Positions 10,045 through 20,308 of a DNA stretch of 64,000 nt are shown one piece after another. How positions within the stretch are numbered: the stretch's first letter is position 1; each line of letters starts with the position of its first letter. This stretch comes from Waddliaceae bacterium (GTDB taxonomy: Bacteria > Chlamydiota > Chlamydiia > Chlamydiales > SLFE01). The stretch spans positions 43,967 through 107,966 of the forward strand of contig CAWAPJ010000010.1 in the NCBI GenBank assembly GCA_963783885.1, written 5' to 3'. The translations under genes and the position numbers were made by a program. Under the pieces are notes generated by a model. That model searched no databases. It was given only the letters and a program-made list of their open reading frames with translations, and had not been told where the DNA came from.

Positions 10045-11265
10045 TTACTTATCGAAGCAGCCGATTTCATCGGACGTCTCTTCGGAAGAGTCTGATTCTT
10101 CGAGGAGATGAGCGGTAGTTCCGGGAGGGTGGCGGTACCAGCCCGGATCTTCATAGCTGGTGATCCCTTCGCGCACTTTCACCACTGTAAACATGCCTGA
10201 CAGTTCTATGTTGCCGAATTGCCCGGGAACGCCCCAGGGGACAAAGTTGGAGGGGCGTGGAATTTGGCGGTGCTTTTCGGTAAACATATTCCCGAATCCT
10301 TTTTGTCCCATAGGCATGTAGCCGGGTATGAGGGCGGCGATCCGCTTGGCGACTTCCCCTTGGTCGGCGCCGAGCATATTGGTCCCGAGGCCCATGCCGT
10401 TCATTGCCGCGTGATGGGTGATATGGCAGTGCATGGCCCAGTCGCCGGGGTTGTCGGCAGTAAATTCGATGTCGCGGGTCGTGCCGACAGGAACGTTGAT
10501 GGTCACGGTGGACCACTGAGCCGATTCGGGCAGTCTTGCGGCGCCCATTCTTGTGACCATAAACTCATAGCCGTGAAGATGAATGGGATGGGGAATAAGG
10601 CTGAGGTTGCCGTATCGGATCCTGACTTTTTGTCCCTGTCTGATGACAAGGGGTTCGGTTTTTGGGAAGAAGCAGCTGTTGAAGGTAAAATAATTGAGGT
10701 CCATGGTCATGACATTGGGAGTGGCTGCTCCCGCGGGTATGGACCAGGCCATCAGCATAATGACAAAATCCCTGTCGACGGGTTCTTCTTCCGGCTCTTT
10801 GGGATGAATGATGAAAAAGCCCATCATTCCCATACCGATTTGGGTGATGTCATCGTAGTGGGGGTGGTACATGTAGGTGCCGTTTTGTTTGAGTGTGAAC
10901 TCGTAAACAAATGTTTCTCCGGGAGGAATTTCGGGTTGGGTCAAAGCCATGACGCCGTCCATTCCGTTTGGAAGGATGATGCCGTGCCAGTGTACTGTGG
11001 TGGGCTCGGGAAGTTTGTTGGTGACAAGAATGCGGACACGGTCGCCTTCGACAGCCTCGATCACCGGTCCCGGAGACTGCCCGTTGTATCCCCAGCAGTT
11101 GACGACCATCCCCGGAGAAAATTCCTGTTTGATCGGTTCTGCTATGAGGTGGAATTCTTTGACTCCATCGACCATTTTGTAGGGCAGCGTCGAGCCGTTC
11201 GGCATTGTGACGGGGGTATACGCCATCAGTGAAAGGGGTAAGAGCAAAAGGCAAAACCATTTCAT
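10045..11265 (-). CDS. Two-domain multicopper oxidase (copper resistance)
   Basis: Signal peptide; copper motifs HWHG, YHPH, HPIHLHG, HCHITHH; DPGWYRHPPGT tail. Confidence 0.9.
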   Translation of the reverse strand: MKWFCLLLLPLSLMAYTPVTMPNGSTLPYKMVDGVKEFHLIAEPIKQEFSPGMVVNCWGYNGQSPGPVIEAVEGDRVRILVTNKLPEPTTVHWHGIILPNGMDGVMALTQPEIPPGETFVYEFTLKQNGTYMYHPHYDDITQIGMGMMGFFIIHPKEPEEEPVDRDFVIMLMAWSIPAGAATPNVMTMDLNYFTFNSCFFPKTEPLVIRQGQKVRIRYGNLSLIPHPIHLHGYEFMVTRMGAARLPESAQWSTVTINVPVGTTRDIEFTADNPGDWAMHCHITHHAAMNGMGLGTNMLGADQGEVAKRIAALIPGYMPMGQKGFGNMFTEKHRQIPRPSNFVPWGVPGQFGNIELSGMFTVVKVREGITSYEDPGWYRHPPGTTAHLLEESDSSEETSDEIGCFDK

Positions 11266-12596
11266 GGGAGGCCCCCTCCCACAGCAAGCGTGAGATTGGC
11301 CCGGAAGATCAGGTAATCCCGGGCGGTGTCGGCAATCATCATTTTTGTGCTGATTTCTTCGGCTTTGGACTCAAGAAGCTCATAAACTCCTGCGTTCATA
11401 AAGTTGTAGAGGCAAAGGGTTTGATCGATGATCAATTTGTTATTGGGGAGGATGATATCCAACAGATCATCCAGCTTTTCTTTCGAGACAACCACCCCTT
11501 CAAATGCAGTGTTGACATCTTGGGAAACCTGCAGGGCCAAATTTCGGTACATTTGATAACTTTGCTGAAATTCCGCGCAGGCTCTCATTCGGTCGCCCTG
11601 GCCGTAATTGAACACAGGAATCTCAAGAGCGAAACCGGGCCCTGTTTTTCTCAATCCATCGGGTTCGCTTTCATAAGCGGCTCCTGCCATAAAATCCGTG
11701 TAGGCCCACCAGCGGTAGAGGCCGAAAGAGGCGGCGATGCTGTCGGTTTTAAGTCGTTGCGCTAAAAGGTCGAGTCTTTGGCAAAAGGCAATCTCGAGCA
11801 AATCTTCTCTGCAAAGCAGAGGGGTTTCAGGGACGGACGTTCGGCAAGGGATGTGAATTTCCGTATCGCAGATTCCCATGAGATGGGCCAGCTGCTGCCG
11901 ATGAGTGTTGACATCGATTTGCATTGAGCGGTATTGCTGCAGGGCGTGTTGATAAACATCCCAATAATGATTGAGATCGAGAGCATAGATAATGCCCGCT
12001 TCATGTTGCTTTCTCGCCAGCAGATACTGCAGCTCTTTGACTTCCAGAAGCTGGTTTTGAAGGTCGAGGTTTGCCCGGGCGGCTTGAAGAGAATAATAGC
12101 TTGAGCAGACCTGTTGGATAAAAGAGAACATCTCATGAGCGACTTGAGCGTTTGTCTCGGCTAAAGCAAGCGAGGCGGTTTTTTTTCGGATAGGCTGAAG
12201 CAGTATATTGACAATTGGCTGCAATGCGTCAATTTCCGTGTTGAAAAGAACATAAGGCTGGTCGGGGATTCTGACGGCTGCTCCGAAAATGGGATTGGCA
12301 ATCAAGCTGGCATTGACAAGGTCGGCTTGGGCGATGCCGATCATTTCGAACAGAGCTTGTATTTCGGGACTGTTCAAAAGGGCGATTTGAACGGCTGATT
12401 CTACCGTGAGTTCATCAGTGAGAAGGCAGGAGATCGTGTCTTCTTTGCATGTCGGCAGCCTCCTGTCCCAAGAGACTTCGTAACCGCTTCTTTCCGAGAC
12501 AGTTTCGTTGACGCATTGCGCTGCCGGGTCGGGCACCCGGGCGCAGCCGGCTAAAAGTAGAACAATGCACGTTGCGTAGAATCGTTTTTTCATCAT
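11262..12596 (-). CDS. TolC-family outer-membrane efflux lipoprotein, coupled to the copper oxidase
   Basis: Lipobox LLAGC; AVQIALLNSP, EIPVFNYGQG; ATGA overlap with the oxidase. Confidence 0.85.
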   Translation of the reverse strand: MMKKRFYATCIVLLLAGCARVPDPAAQCVNETVSERSGYEVSWDRRLPTCKEDTISCLLTDELTVESAVQIALLNSPEIQALFEMIGIAQADLVNASLIANPIFGAAVRIPDQPYVLFNTEIDALQPIVNILLQPIRKKTASLALAETNAQVAHEMFSFIQQVCSSYYSLQAARANLDLQNQLLEVKELQYLLARKQHEAGIIYALDLNHYWDVYQHALQQYRSMQIDVNTHRQQLAHLMGICDTEIHIPCRTSVPETPLLCREDLLEIAFCQRLDLLAQRLKTDSIAASFGLYRWWAYTDFMAGAAYESEPDGLRKTGPGFALEIPVFNYGQGDRMRACAEFQQSYQMYRNLALQVSQDVNTAFEGVVVSKEKLDDLLDIILPNNKLIIDQTLCLYNFMNAGVYELLESKAEEISTKMMIADTARDYLIFRANLTLAVGGGLP

Positions 12597-12626
12597 GATA
12601 AAAATTTATCATGATGAAAAAATAAT

Positions 12627-14399
12627 TTATTTCAAAAGAGTTTTTACAGCTTGCAGGTATTCCTCGGCAATGACGTCGCAGTGTTCGATACCCAGATCGA
12701 CCGGAGATGTTTTATCGCTTTGAACTTCGGCATAGATTTTGACTTTGGGTTCTGTTCCCGAAGGTCTGATCGCCACTTTCGAGCCGTCTTCAAGCCAATA
12801 AACGAGAACATCGGATCGGGGAAGTTCCAGTTTTTCAGTTTTTCCCGAGTGGGTATATGTCTTAGTGGACGAGAGGTAATCGTCTATCACTTCGATTTTG
12901 CTGCCTAGCAGGGATTCCGGTGCCGATTCGCGCAGAGTTTCCATTGAGTTTTTCATCTGCTCGCGTCCTTCTTTGGTTTCTCCAAAGTTCAGTGAACAGA
13001 GCTTTGCCCGATAAACGCCATATTTTTTGTAGATATCGTGCAAACGGTCGACAAGGGTTTTATTTTCTTTTTTTGCTTGCAGGGCAGCCTCGGCAAGCAG
13101 GCAGCTGACAATGACAGCGTCTTTGTCTCTTGCGTAATCGCTCAGGAGGTAGCCGTAGGATTCTTCTCCGCCGAAGATGAAGGTGAGTCCTTCGGGATCA
13201 TGCTCCCATTTGTTCATCATCTGGCCGATGTATTTGAATCCGGTCAGAACATTGAAGCAAGGGACGCTGTAGTGGCCGGTAATCGCTTTGAAAAGCTCGG
13301 TGGTGACGATGGTTTTAATAAAGGCGGGATTCTTCGGCATCTTTTTTTGGCTTGTGAGTGCCTCCAGAATATGTTCAAGGCAAAGGCAGGCAATTTCATT
13401 GCCGTCGAGAATAGTGATTTTATTCATGTGGTTGACGGCGCATCCGATGCGGTCGGTATCGGCGTCTGTAGCGAGCAGGATGTCGCCCCGGATTTCGACT
13501 AAAGAGTTGATGCCCAGTTTCAAAGCATCGCGAATTTCAGGGTTCGGGGCCGGAACTGTGGGAAACGTTCCGTCAGTCGATACCTGGCTTTCGACAATAT
13601 GCGTATTGATGAAACCCCACATGGCAAGAGCCTGGGGAACAATTGTGATGCCGGCTCCGTGCAGGCTTGTGTAGATGATTTTTAGCGAGTCACCCAGCTG
13701 CTGGTTGTCTTTTGCATAATGCTGCAGTTTTTCGATGGTTTGAAGGTAGGCCTCATCGACATCGGGGCCATACCAGACTATATTGGGGTCGCTAAGATCG
13801 GCCGCTTTAATTTGATCGAGCTCGGTCACTTTGCTTACCTCTTCAATAATGCCGACGTCGTGTGGAGGAAGGACCTGAGCGCCATCGCCCCAGTAGACTT
13901 TATAGCCATTGTAGGCGGGCGGGTTGTGAGACGCAGTAATCATCACTCCTGCCTGGCAATGTTTAAAGCGAGTGCCGAACGAGACGAGAGGAACGGGTCT
14001 CAAGTCTTCATTGATATAGGCTCTGATGCCGTTGGCGGCGAGAACGCGGGCGGTTTCTTCGGCAAAGAGGCGGGAATTCAAACGGGAGTCGTAGCCGATC
14101 AACACGGAAATGGGCGACTCGGTAAATTTTTGTTTTTTCAGATAATTGGCCAAACCTTGCGTCGCTCCACGAACGGTGTAGATGTTCATACGGTTGGTCC
14201 CCGGCCCCATTAATCCTCGCAGTCCCGCCGTTCCGAATTTGAGAGTTGTATAAAACGCGTTCACCAGTTCTTGAGGCTGCTTTTCCTGAAGGCCGCGGAT
14301 TTTGGCTTTGGTCTCCTCGTCGAAGCTGCCGCTTAGCCAGGTCTCGACATTTTTCTTTGTTGCAGCATCCAAGGAGATGGTTTGGGGTGAAGTCGCCAT
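12627..14399 (-). CDS. pgm: Phosphoglucomutase/phosphomannomutase
   Basis: FGTAGLRG, TASHNP, DADTDR, GEESYG, RPSGTEPKVKIY. Start moved to MATSPQ (14399) to avoid a long overlap with mrp. Confidence 0.9.
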   Translation of the reverse strand: MATSPQTISLDAATKKNVETWLSGSFDEETKAKIRGLQEKQPQELVNAFYTTLKFGTAGLRGLMGPGTNRMNIYTVRGATQGLANYLKKQKFTESPISVLIGYDSRLNSRLFAEETARVLAANGIRAYINEDLRPVPLVSFGTRFKHCQAGVMITASHNPPAYNGYKVYWGDGAQVLPPHDVGIIEEVSKVTELDQIKAADLSDPNIVWYGPDVDEAYLQTIEKLQHYAKDNQQLGDSLKIIYTSLHGAGITIVPQALAMWGFINTHIVESQVSTDGTFPTVPAPNPEIRDALKLGINSLVEIRGDILLATDADTDRIGCAVNHMNKITILDGNEIACLCLEHILEALTSQKKMPKNPAFIKTIVTTELFKAITGHYSVPCFNVLTGFKYIGQMMNKWEHDPEGLTFIFGGEESYGYLLSDYARDKDAVIVSCLLAEAALQAKKENKTLVDRLHDIYKKYGVYRAKLCSLNFGETKEGREQMKNSMETLRESAPESLLGSKIEVIDDYLSSTKTYTHSGKTEKLELPRSDVLVYWLEDGSKVAIRPSGTEPKVKIYAEVQSDKTSPVDLGIEHCDVIAEEYLQAVKTLLK

Positions 14400-14401
14400 G
14401 A

Positions 14402-15166
14402 TTAAACCCTTTCTTTTAATGTTTGTACAGCAGTGGCGAGATCGAGGAAATGCCGCCCGGCCTCTTCGTCCCCGCTGTGGCACGATGAGGGATATCCCTC
14501 GTCGCTTCCCCGGCGGATTGCCAAGGCGATGGGGATGCTTCCCAAAAGAGGAAGATTTAAATTGCGGGCCAATTCGCGGGCCTTTCCTTCTCCGAATATC
14601 GGGTATTTTTCGTTTGTGCCGGGAACGGTAAAACCCGCCATGTTTTCGATGATCCCCAATATGGGAATTTGCAGCTGATCGAAAGAGTTGATCGCTTTGA
14701 CCGCGTCGAGCACAGCCACCTCCTGAGGAGTCGTGACGATTAAAGCTCCTTCGATCTTAAGCAGCTCTGAAAGCGATAGGGGAACATCTCCGGTGCCAGG
14801 GGGCAGGTCTATTAGTAATATGTCCAGCTGACCCCATTCTACTCCGGATATCATTTTTTGCAACATCCCATGGAGCATGGGGCCCCGCCAGAGGACCGAG
14901 CGCGCCTCCTCCAAAAAAAAGCCGATAGACATGATATGGACGCCAAACTTAGTAAAGGGGATGATCCGCTCAAACCCTTCGCGGTCAATGGTTGTTTGAG
15001 GGCTCAGCTGCCGAAGTCCGGTCATGATCGGAATCGATGGGCCATAGAGGTCGGCGTCTAAAACTCCTACCTTAAGGCCCTGTTTTGCTAGGGCAACCGC
15101 TAAATTGATCGTTACAGTTGATTTGCCAACCCCACCCTTTCCCGATCCTATCGCGATCACTTGCAT
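14402..15166 (-). CDS. mrp: Mrp/NBP35 (ApbC) Fe-S carrier ATPase
   Basis: SGKGGVGKST, DADLYGPSIP, WRGPM, DLPPGTGD, VTTPQ, ENM. Confidence 0.9.
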   Translation of the reverse strand: MQVIAIGSGKGGVGKSTVTINLAVALAKQGLKVGVLDADLYGPSIPIMTGLRQLSPQTTIDREGFERIIPFTKFGVHIMSIGFFLEEARSVLWRGPMLHGMLQKMISGVEWGQLDILLIDLPPGTGDVPLSLSELLKIEGALIVTTPQEVAVLDAVKAINSFDQLQIPILGIIENMAGFTVPGTNEKYPIFGEGKARELARNLNLPLLGSIPIALAIRRGSDEGYPSSCHSGDEEAGRHFLDLATAVQTLKERV

Positions 15167-15606
15167 GACTCGTATTCCATTTGCCGGGTTAAGTTCTCTT
15201 CGATCTCATCGCATGGAACGAGTTCATCGCCCTTGTCGATCCCTTCGCAATCTGCCGCGGCCTTTTGCCACGCCTGCTCGGATGTTAAATTTTGCAGCCA
15301 CCAAGGAAAGGTGCGGCATTGCGTGGGCCTCACAGGGTAAATTTGACATTTGTTGTCTTTAAGAAAAATGCAGTCGTAATTTCCCGCTCTCTCAAGGAGA
15401 GCGAATCGACTGCCGACTTTACGGAGATATTTTTTTCCGAATTCTTCTAATGAAATGTTGAGAAATTCGGCCATAGCGACGATTTCATCTTCGCAGGCCC
15501 ACGTATAGCCGGGAGAGCCGCTGCAGCATTTGCCGCACTCTGTACATTTGAAATTGAGCCCTCTCTTATACCAGGGATTGACGACTTTTAATTTTGATTC
15601 ACTCAT
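15157..15606 (-). CDS. YkgJ-family cysteine cluster protein
   Basis: CTECGKCC, CIFL...CQIYPVRPTQCRTFPWW, CEGI; likely start MSESK at 15606. Confidence 0.85.
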   Translation of the reverse strand: MSESKLKVVNPWYKRGLNFKCTECGKCCSGSPGYTWACEDEIVAMAEFLNISLEEFGKKYLRKVGSRFALLERAGNYDCIFLKDNKCQIYPVRPTQCRTFPWWLQNLTSEQAWQKAAADCEGIDKGDELVPCDEIEENLTRQMEYESCK

Positions 15607-15721
15607 TTTCTTTAAGCATTTGCCGGATTCCGGCGACGACAAACAAGATCAGAAAAACGCCGCAGACAGCGCCGACAACAGCGACTTCCGTCAGTAGGCT
15701 GGCAAGAATTCCATATGGCAT
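15599..15721 (-). CDS. Small 40-aa single-pass membrane protein, absent from the ORF track
   Basis: MPYGILASLLTEVAVVGAVCGVFLILFVVAGIRQMLKENE*; SD AGGAG upstream; stop overlaps the YkgJ start (ATGAGTGA). Confidence 0.6.
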   Translation of the reverse strand: MPYGILASLLTEVAVVGAVCGVFLILFVVAGIRQMLKENE

Positions 15722-15770
15722 AAACTTCTCCTAAACCCTGAGTAATGATAGGTCATGATAAGGGTGATTG

Positions 15771-16772
15771 TCAATTTTTCTTTGGTTTAAGCTGTTTTTT
15801 GGAAAATGCCAGCACGTCCCTTGCTGTTTGGCTGATCTCTTCAGAATTGATTTGAATTGTTTGCTTTAAGAGACGAAGATAAACTTTCTCGGAAGCGGCA
15901 TACCAAAGAAGCGCCTTGGCATAATTGAGTTTGAGATTATGGGCTTCGGCATCAGATAAGCCCAGCAAATTTTTTTTGGCCAGAAAGTCAATTCTTTCAA
16001 TTGTCGATTTGGGAATCTTTTCTACTTGAATGCGGTCGAATTTGAGCAGTTCCAGGATCAGGTCGGCGAGTTTGTACTGAATAACGCGTAGGATCGGGTA
16101 TTTGACTCCTTTGATTCTTTTGTGATTATAGGAAACTGTTCCTGAAGCTAAGTTTATCTGTTCGGTATTTGGTTTAACTGTTTCGCAGCAAAGTCTTAGG
16201 ATTTTTCTTGAACCGCCAAGAGCACTTGAGCGGAATCGGCCCAAGATTTTTGTTGAGCCTTGCTTTAAATGCTCCTGAAACTTTTTTTTGAAGGCTGTCA
16301 TGACAGTTTTAGATCCGATTAGCCTGGTCGAATCCAGCGCTCGGGTAGGGAAAGGACGCTTTCCTTTTTTGTACATCAGCAAGTTATCGCTGTCGATATG
16401 GTAAATTTCCAGTTCGTGATGAAAAATGGATAGATTGCTTTTTAAGACTTGAATTATTTTTTTGATCAATTCCTCGTCATAATCTTTTTTTGTCGGGATA
16501 ATTGCTTGTATTTCAACGTTTGAACTTTTGTTGATTTTTTCTTGTCTTCCATCGCTTCCTGTATAGGCAAGGCAAAGATTCGAGCTTTTAGAAAGATCAG
16601 GGATGGCTTGTTCAAATATTTTTTTGGCAATTGAATGAACAGAGGCGAATTGGGCTATATCGCTTTGCAGACGGTCGGGGGACAGTTCCTTTTGTATACA
16701 TACTTTAGGAGGTCGATTTTCCGAGTCTGCGACGGTTATGTAATTATTGAGAAAGTTCGGTTCAAGATTCAT
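15771..16772 (-). CDS. Hypothetical protein with GlnE/DUF294-like nucleotidyltransferase motif
   Basis: LAYTGSDGRQE...SNVEI followed by a helical C-terminal domain; AT-rich. Confidence 0.5.
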   Translation of the reverse strand: MNLEPNFLNNYITVADSENRPPKVCIQKELSPDRLQSDIAQFASVHSIAKKIFEQAIPDLSKSSNLCLAYTGSDGRQEKINKSSNVEIQAIIPTKKDYDEELIKKIIQVLKSNLSIFHHELEIYHIDSDNLLMYKKGKRPFPTRALDSTRLIGSKTVMTAFKKKFQEHLKQGSTKILGRFRSSALGGSRKILRLCCETVKPNTEQINLASGTVSYNHKRIKGVKYPILRVIQYKLADLILELLKFDRIQVEKIPKSTIERIDFLAKKNLLGLSDAEAHNLKLNYAKALLWYAASEKVYLRLLKQTIQINSEEISQTARDVLAFSKKQLKPKKN

Positions 16773-16856
16773 ATTAAAAGATTATATATGAAACCGTTAA
16801 AGATAGTATAAAGATTATCAGTATTCTTTTTTTGCCGATTTTGTTAAACTGGTTTC

Positions 16857-18233
16857 ATGCAAAAACAAAGAGAGCATTGGAGCTCGCAAATTGGATTTAT
16901 TTTGGCCGCGGCAGGATCTGCTATCGGCCTGGGAACTCTATGGAAGTTCCCTTATGTCACCGGCCAAAATGGCGGAGGGCTGTTTGTTTTCGTCTATGTT
17001 TTTTGCACATTTTTTGTTGCCGTTCCTCTTTTTATGGCCGAGCTGACTCTTGGAAGACGGGCGCAGCGGGGAGCGGTCGGGGTTTTCGCAAGCCTGTCGT
17101 CTAACTCGACGGTCTGGAAATCTGCGGGTTGGATCGGTGTGGCTTCTTCGTTTTTAATTATGACCTACTACAGCGTTCTTGCCGGCTGGGGGCTCAACTA
17201 CATTCTGATGTCTTTGAATCAGTTTTGGATCGGAAAATCGCCCGCGGAAATAACGCAGACCTTCGACATTCTCCAGGCTTCTGGGAGCATTACCCTTTTT
17301 TGGCAGGCTCTTTTTGTTATTTTAACCGTTGGTTTGGTCTACCCTGGCATTCGGCATGGTATCGAATACTGGAGCCGGTTCATGACTACCGGACTCCTCA
17401 TTATCCTTGTCGGCCTCTGTTTATACAGCCTTACCCTGGACGGATTTTCCGAGGCGCTTGATTTTATCTTCACTCCCAGCGCTAAAAAAATGAAGCCTTC
17501 GGGATTTTTAGAAGCCTTGGGACTTTCATTTTTTACTCTTAGCCTGGGTCAGGGAATCATGCTCACATACGGCAGCTACTTAAGGCGCGAAGATGATATT
17601 CCCAAAACCGGCCTTGTCGTCGGCACAATGATTTTGATTGTCGCATGTCTTGCGTCTATGACGATCTTTCCCGTACTTTTTACCTTCGACCAGCCTCCCG
17701 AGGCGGGTCCCGGACTGGTTTTTAAGGCCTTGCCTTTGCTTTTTGCTAAATTACCGGGGTCTTTGCTCCTCTCGACTACTTTTTTCACGCTTTTTGTTTT
17801 TACTGCCTTAACGTCGGCTATGCCTTTGATAGAAGTTCCGGCGGCCAACTTTATGGATCTTTTCGGGTGGTCTCGGAAGAAGTCGGTCTTGATTGTCGGG
17901 ACGGCTGTTTTTATAGCAGGCATTCCTTCCGCTCTTTCAGGAACCAACTTCCTCTTTCCCGAGTGGGAGCAGATTTACGGAAAAACATTCTTCGCAACCA
18001 TTGACGAGCTTGTTTCCGTTTGGCTGATACCTATTGGCGGATTTATGACTGTCATTTTTACCGGGTGGTTTTTAGACTTGTCCATGCTAAAAAAAGAATT
18101 TCAGGAAGGGTCGAAACTCCAGTGGCTTTGGCTCCCCTGGGTATTTTTCATCCGATGGGTGGCCCCTATCGCCATTGCAGCAATCCTGCTGCAAATGGCC
18201 GGCATTGTCAATTTTGACAAATGGTTCTCATAA
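16857..18233 (+). CDS. Sodium-dependent transporter (NSS/SNF family)
   Basis: REHWSS..GFILAAAGSAIGLG.LWKFPY...NGGG, FFTLSLG.G...TYGSY, GPGLVF. Confidence 0.95.
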   Translation: MQKQREHWSSQIGFILAAAGSAIGLGTLWKFPYVTGQNGGGLFVFVYVFCTFFVAVPLFMAELTLGRRAQRGAVGVFASLSSNSTVWKSAGWIGVASSFLIMTYYSVLAGWGLNYILMSLNQFWIGKSPAEITQTFDILQASGSITLFWQALFVILTVGLVYPGIRHGIEYWSRFMTTGLLIILVGLCLYSLTLDGFSEALDFIFTPSAKKMKPSGFLEALGLSFFTLSLGQGIMLTYGSYLRREDDIPKTGLVVGTMILIVACLASMTIFPVLFTFDQPPEAGPGLVFKALPLLFAKLPGSLLLSTTFFTLFVFTALTSAMPLIEVPAANFMDLFGWSRKKSVLIVGTAVFIAGIPSALSGTNFLFPEWEQIYGKTFFATIDELVSVWLIPIGGFMTVIFTGWFLDLSMLKKEFQEGSKLQWLWLPWVFFIRWVAPIAIAAILLQMAGIVNFDKWFS

Positions 18234-18352
18234 TCAAAGCTATAAGTTTCGTTTTCATTCTTTTTTTTAGAAAAATATCTTGATGTTTTCCTCATGTCCC
18301 CCTAAACATTAGTGTATAAAGACTTTTCGCATCTTTTGCGTAAGGAGAGATT

Positions 18353-20185
18353 ATGGATTGCAATTCCATCAGGATAGGCGGCTCTATACAAGGCTCTTTG
18401 AACGGGTTGGAAAAGATTTACAACAGCCTGGATTCTTTAAAGGCCATAGAGCCGGGATGCTACTATTATTATGATTCAGAAACAAAAGAGTTTTATCAGC
18501 ATCTCCATAGTGCTAAAAAGGGAATCGAAAGCTGGACAGGCGGCAAAGGATATATTACGAGCCTTTTTGAGGTGGGCCTCCAGCCGCTCTCCCGTGCTTT
18601 ATTTACCAGGGAAAACTATAAACTATTATCCGACGGTATTCAGTCTGTTTACGATTCGGTTATCAATAAAATAAAGGAAATCGAGTATTCCTCAGTTGAG
18701 CCCGGTGTGCCTGCTCTCGACAGGGAATATGTGTTGAAGAAGGTGGAGAAACTTGACAGAAAGGTTCGTGATGCAGCCGAAGGGGTTCACACGCTGACAA
18801 CGCTTTACAAAAACCAGAAATACAAAAGTGATGCGTTTTTGCATCATTGGAAACAGTTTACTAAAACACTACCTAAAAAAGTTCAAGCAGTCAGTGACAA
18901 AATCTTGAGACAGAAAGTTTTGGATGAAGAGTTGGCAAAAGATAATTGGTGTAAGCAGGAAAGACAAAGAAAGTTGGCTCAGGATAAAAAAGAGAGGCAA
19001 AAATTAGGGGATAGAAATCGCAGGTTATTGGAAGAAGCAGAAAGAAAGCGGGCCAGAGAATTTTTGCAAAATGAGAAGCAACAAGTGGATCCCAGAACGG
19101 GTTTCTCTCGTAAAGATGTTGAAAAGATTGGACGGTTTTTAAGCAATTATCGAACAAAGAATAATGCCCTTTTGGAAAAAAAAATGAGAGAAGATCCTCT
19201 CAATCCTTTTTTGTATTTGTGCCCCAAAACAACGGGTATCGATTGGACTCTACAGTATTGGAATGATAAAATAGTCGTTCTTTTATCGGACTTGATTGGC
19301 AAGGGCGATTATAAAATAGTTGAAAAATCAATTGAATTTATACCTGAAGAGGAAGCTTTGGGTAAAATTCTTGCAAACGCTACTTCGGCCATTTTTCCTT
19401 CAGAAGATCATAATAATAAGGTGGCTCAAAACGAAAGACATTTTTTGAATAAGTTTCTATATAACAAGGATCTAAAGAAATATCGATGCCTGAGGGGATT
19501 TGTGAGGGTTAAGAAAATTTCCAGCTGTGAACTTCGCAATCGGACGAAACTGCAGTCTATATTAATGAAATATTACAATCTGGGAAGTTTGGACAAATTT
19601 ATCAAGGATAAGAGGCTCACGAGAGAAAAAAAACATATAATATTTCTAGATATTCTTCATGCCCTTGTTCTGATTCATAGGAACAATGTTATTCATAATA
19701 AGATTATTCCAGATAACATTCTTTTGGAAAACACCTCCAAGCTAGCAATAAAAAATGGGATTAGCGCTGCACTTTGCGACTTTGGATTTTGCTGCGAAAG
19801 CTCTGAGCCTAAAGCCGCTGGGCGGCTCTATTACACCGCTCCCGAAGTCATAACCGCAATGTATCGGTCTAATGAATATGTAAAAAAAATCACCAAAAAG
19901 GCCGATATCTGGTCTTTTGGCTGCACACTGTGGGCCCTGTATGTCGGAGAAAATACGCCCTGGATGAAACTCATCCAGGAGAACGAAAATAAATTATCTC
20001 AAGAGGCGATTGAGTTGATGAACCGCGAAGATGCCATCGACGAGCCCGAAAAAGAGACAATCAAACACCTCATTTGGACGATGATGAGGCCGAATCCGGA
20101 CGACAGGCCTACTGCTTTTGAGGTTATGAAACAGTTGAACTGGCTCCTGCAGGAAGTCGAGGTGATACAGGAAATTCCCTCTTGA
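18353..20185 (+). CDS. Eukaryote-like Ser/Thr kinase-fold protein, probable pseudokinase
   Basis: GKGDY loop, DFG, YTAPE, DIWSFG and P..RPT present, but the catalytic loop reads IHNKIIPDN; coiled-coil N-terminal half. Confidence 0.8.
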   Translation: MDCNSIRIGGSIQGSLNGLEKIYNSLDSLKAIEPGCYYYYDSETKEFYQHLHSAKKGIESWTGGKGYITSLFEVGLQPLSRALFTRENYKLLSDGIQSVYDSVINKIKEIEYSSVEPGVPALDREYVLKKVEKLDRKVRDAAEGVHTLTTLYKNQKYKSDAFLHHWKQFTKTLPKKVQAVSDKILRQKVLDEELAKDNWCKQERQRKLAQDKKERQKLGDRNRRLLEEAERKRAREFLQNEKQQVDPRTGFSRKDVEKIGRFLSNYRTKNNALLEKKMREDPLNPFLYLCPKTTGIDWTLQYWNDKIVVLLSDLIGKGDYKIVEKSIEFIPEEEALGKILANATSAIFPSEDHNNKVAQNERHFLNKFLYNKDLKKYRCLRGFVRVKKISSCELRNRTKLQSILMKYYNLGSLDKFIKDKRLTREKKHIIFLDILHALVLIHRNNVIHNKIIPDNILLENTSKLAIKNGISAALCDFGFCCESSEPKAAGRLYYTAPEVITAMYRSNEYVKKITKKADIWSFGCTLWALYVGENTPWMKLIQENENKLSQEAIELMNREDAIDEPEKETIKHLIWTMMRPNPDDRPTAFEVMKQLNWLLQEVEVIQEIPS

Positions 20186-20308
20186 TAAAAACGGACTGTT
20201 GAGGTAGTCTATTTACATTAGAGAGAGAAATACAGCGGCTTTTGGTAGTTTATGCAAAGCCTCAAGGAATTAGAATTAAATTTTTTGTTTAACAACTAAG
20301 GAATAGTA

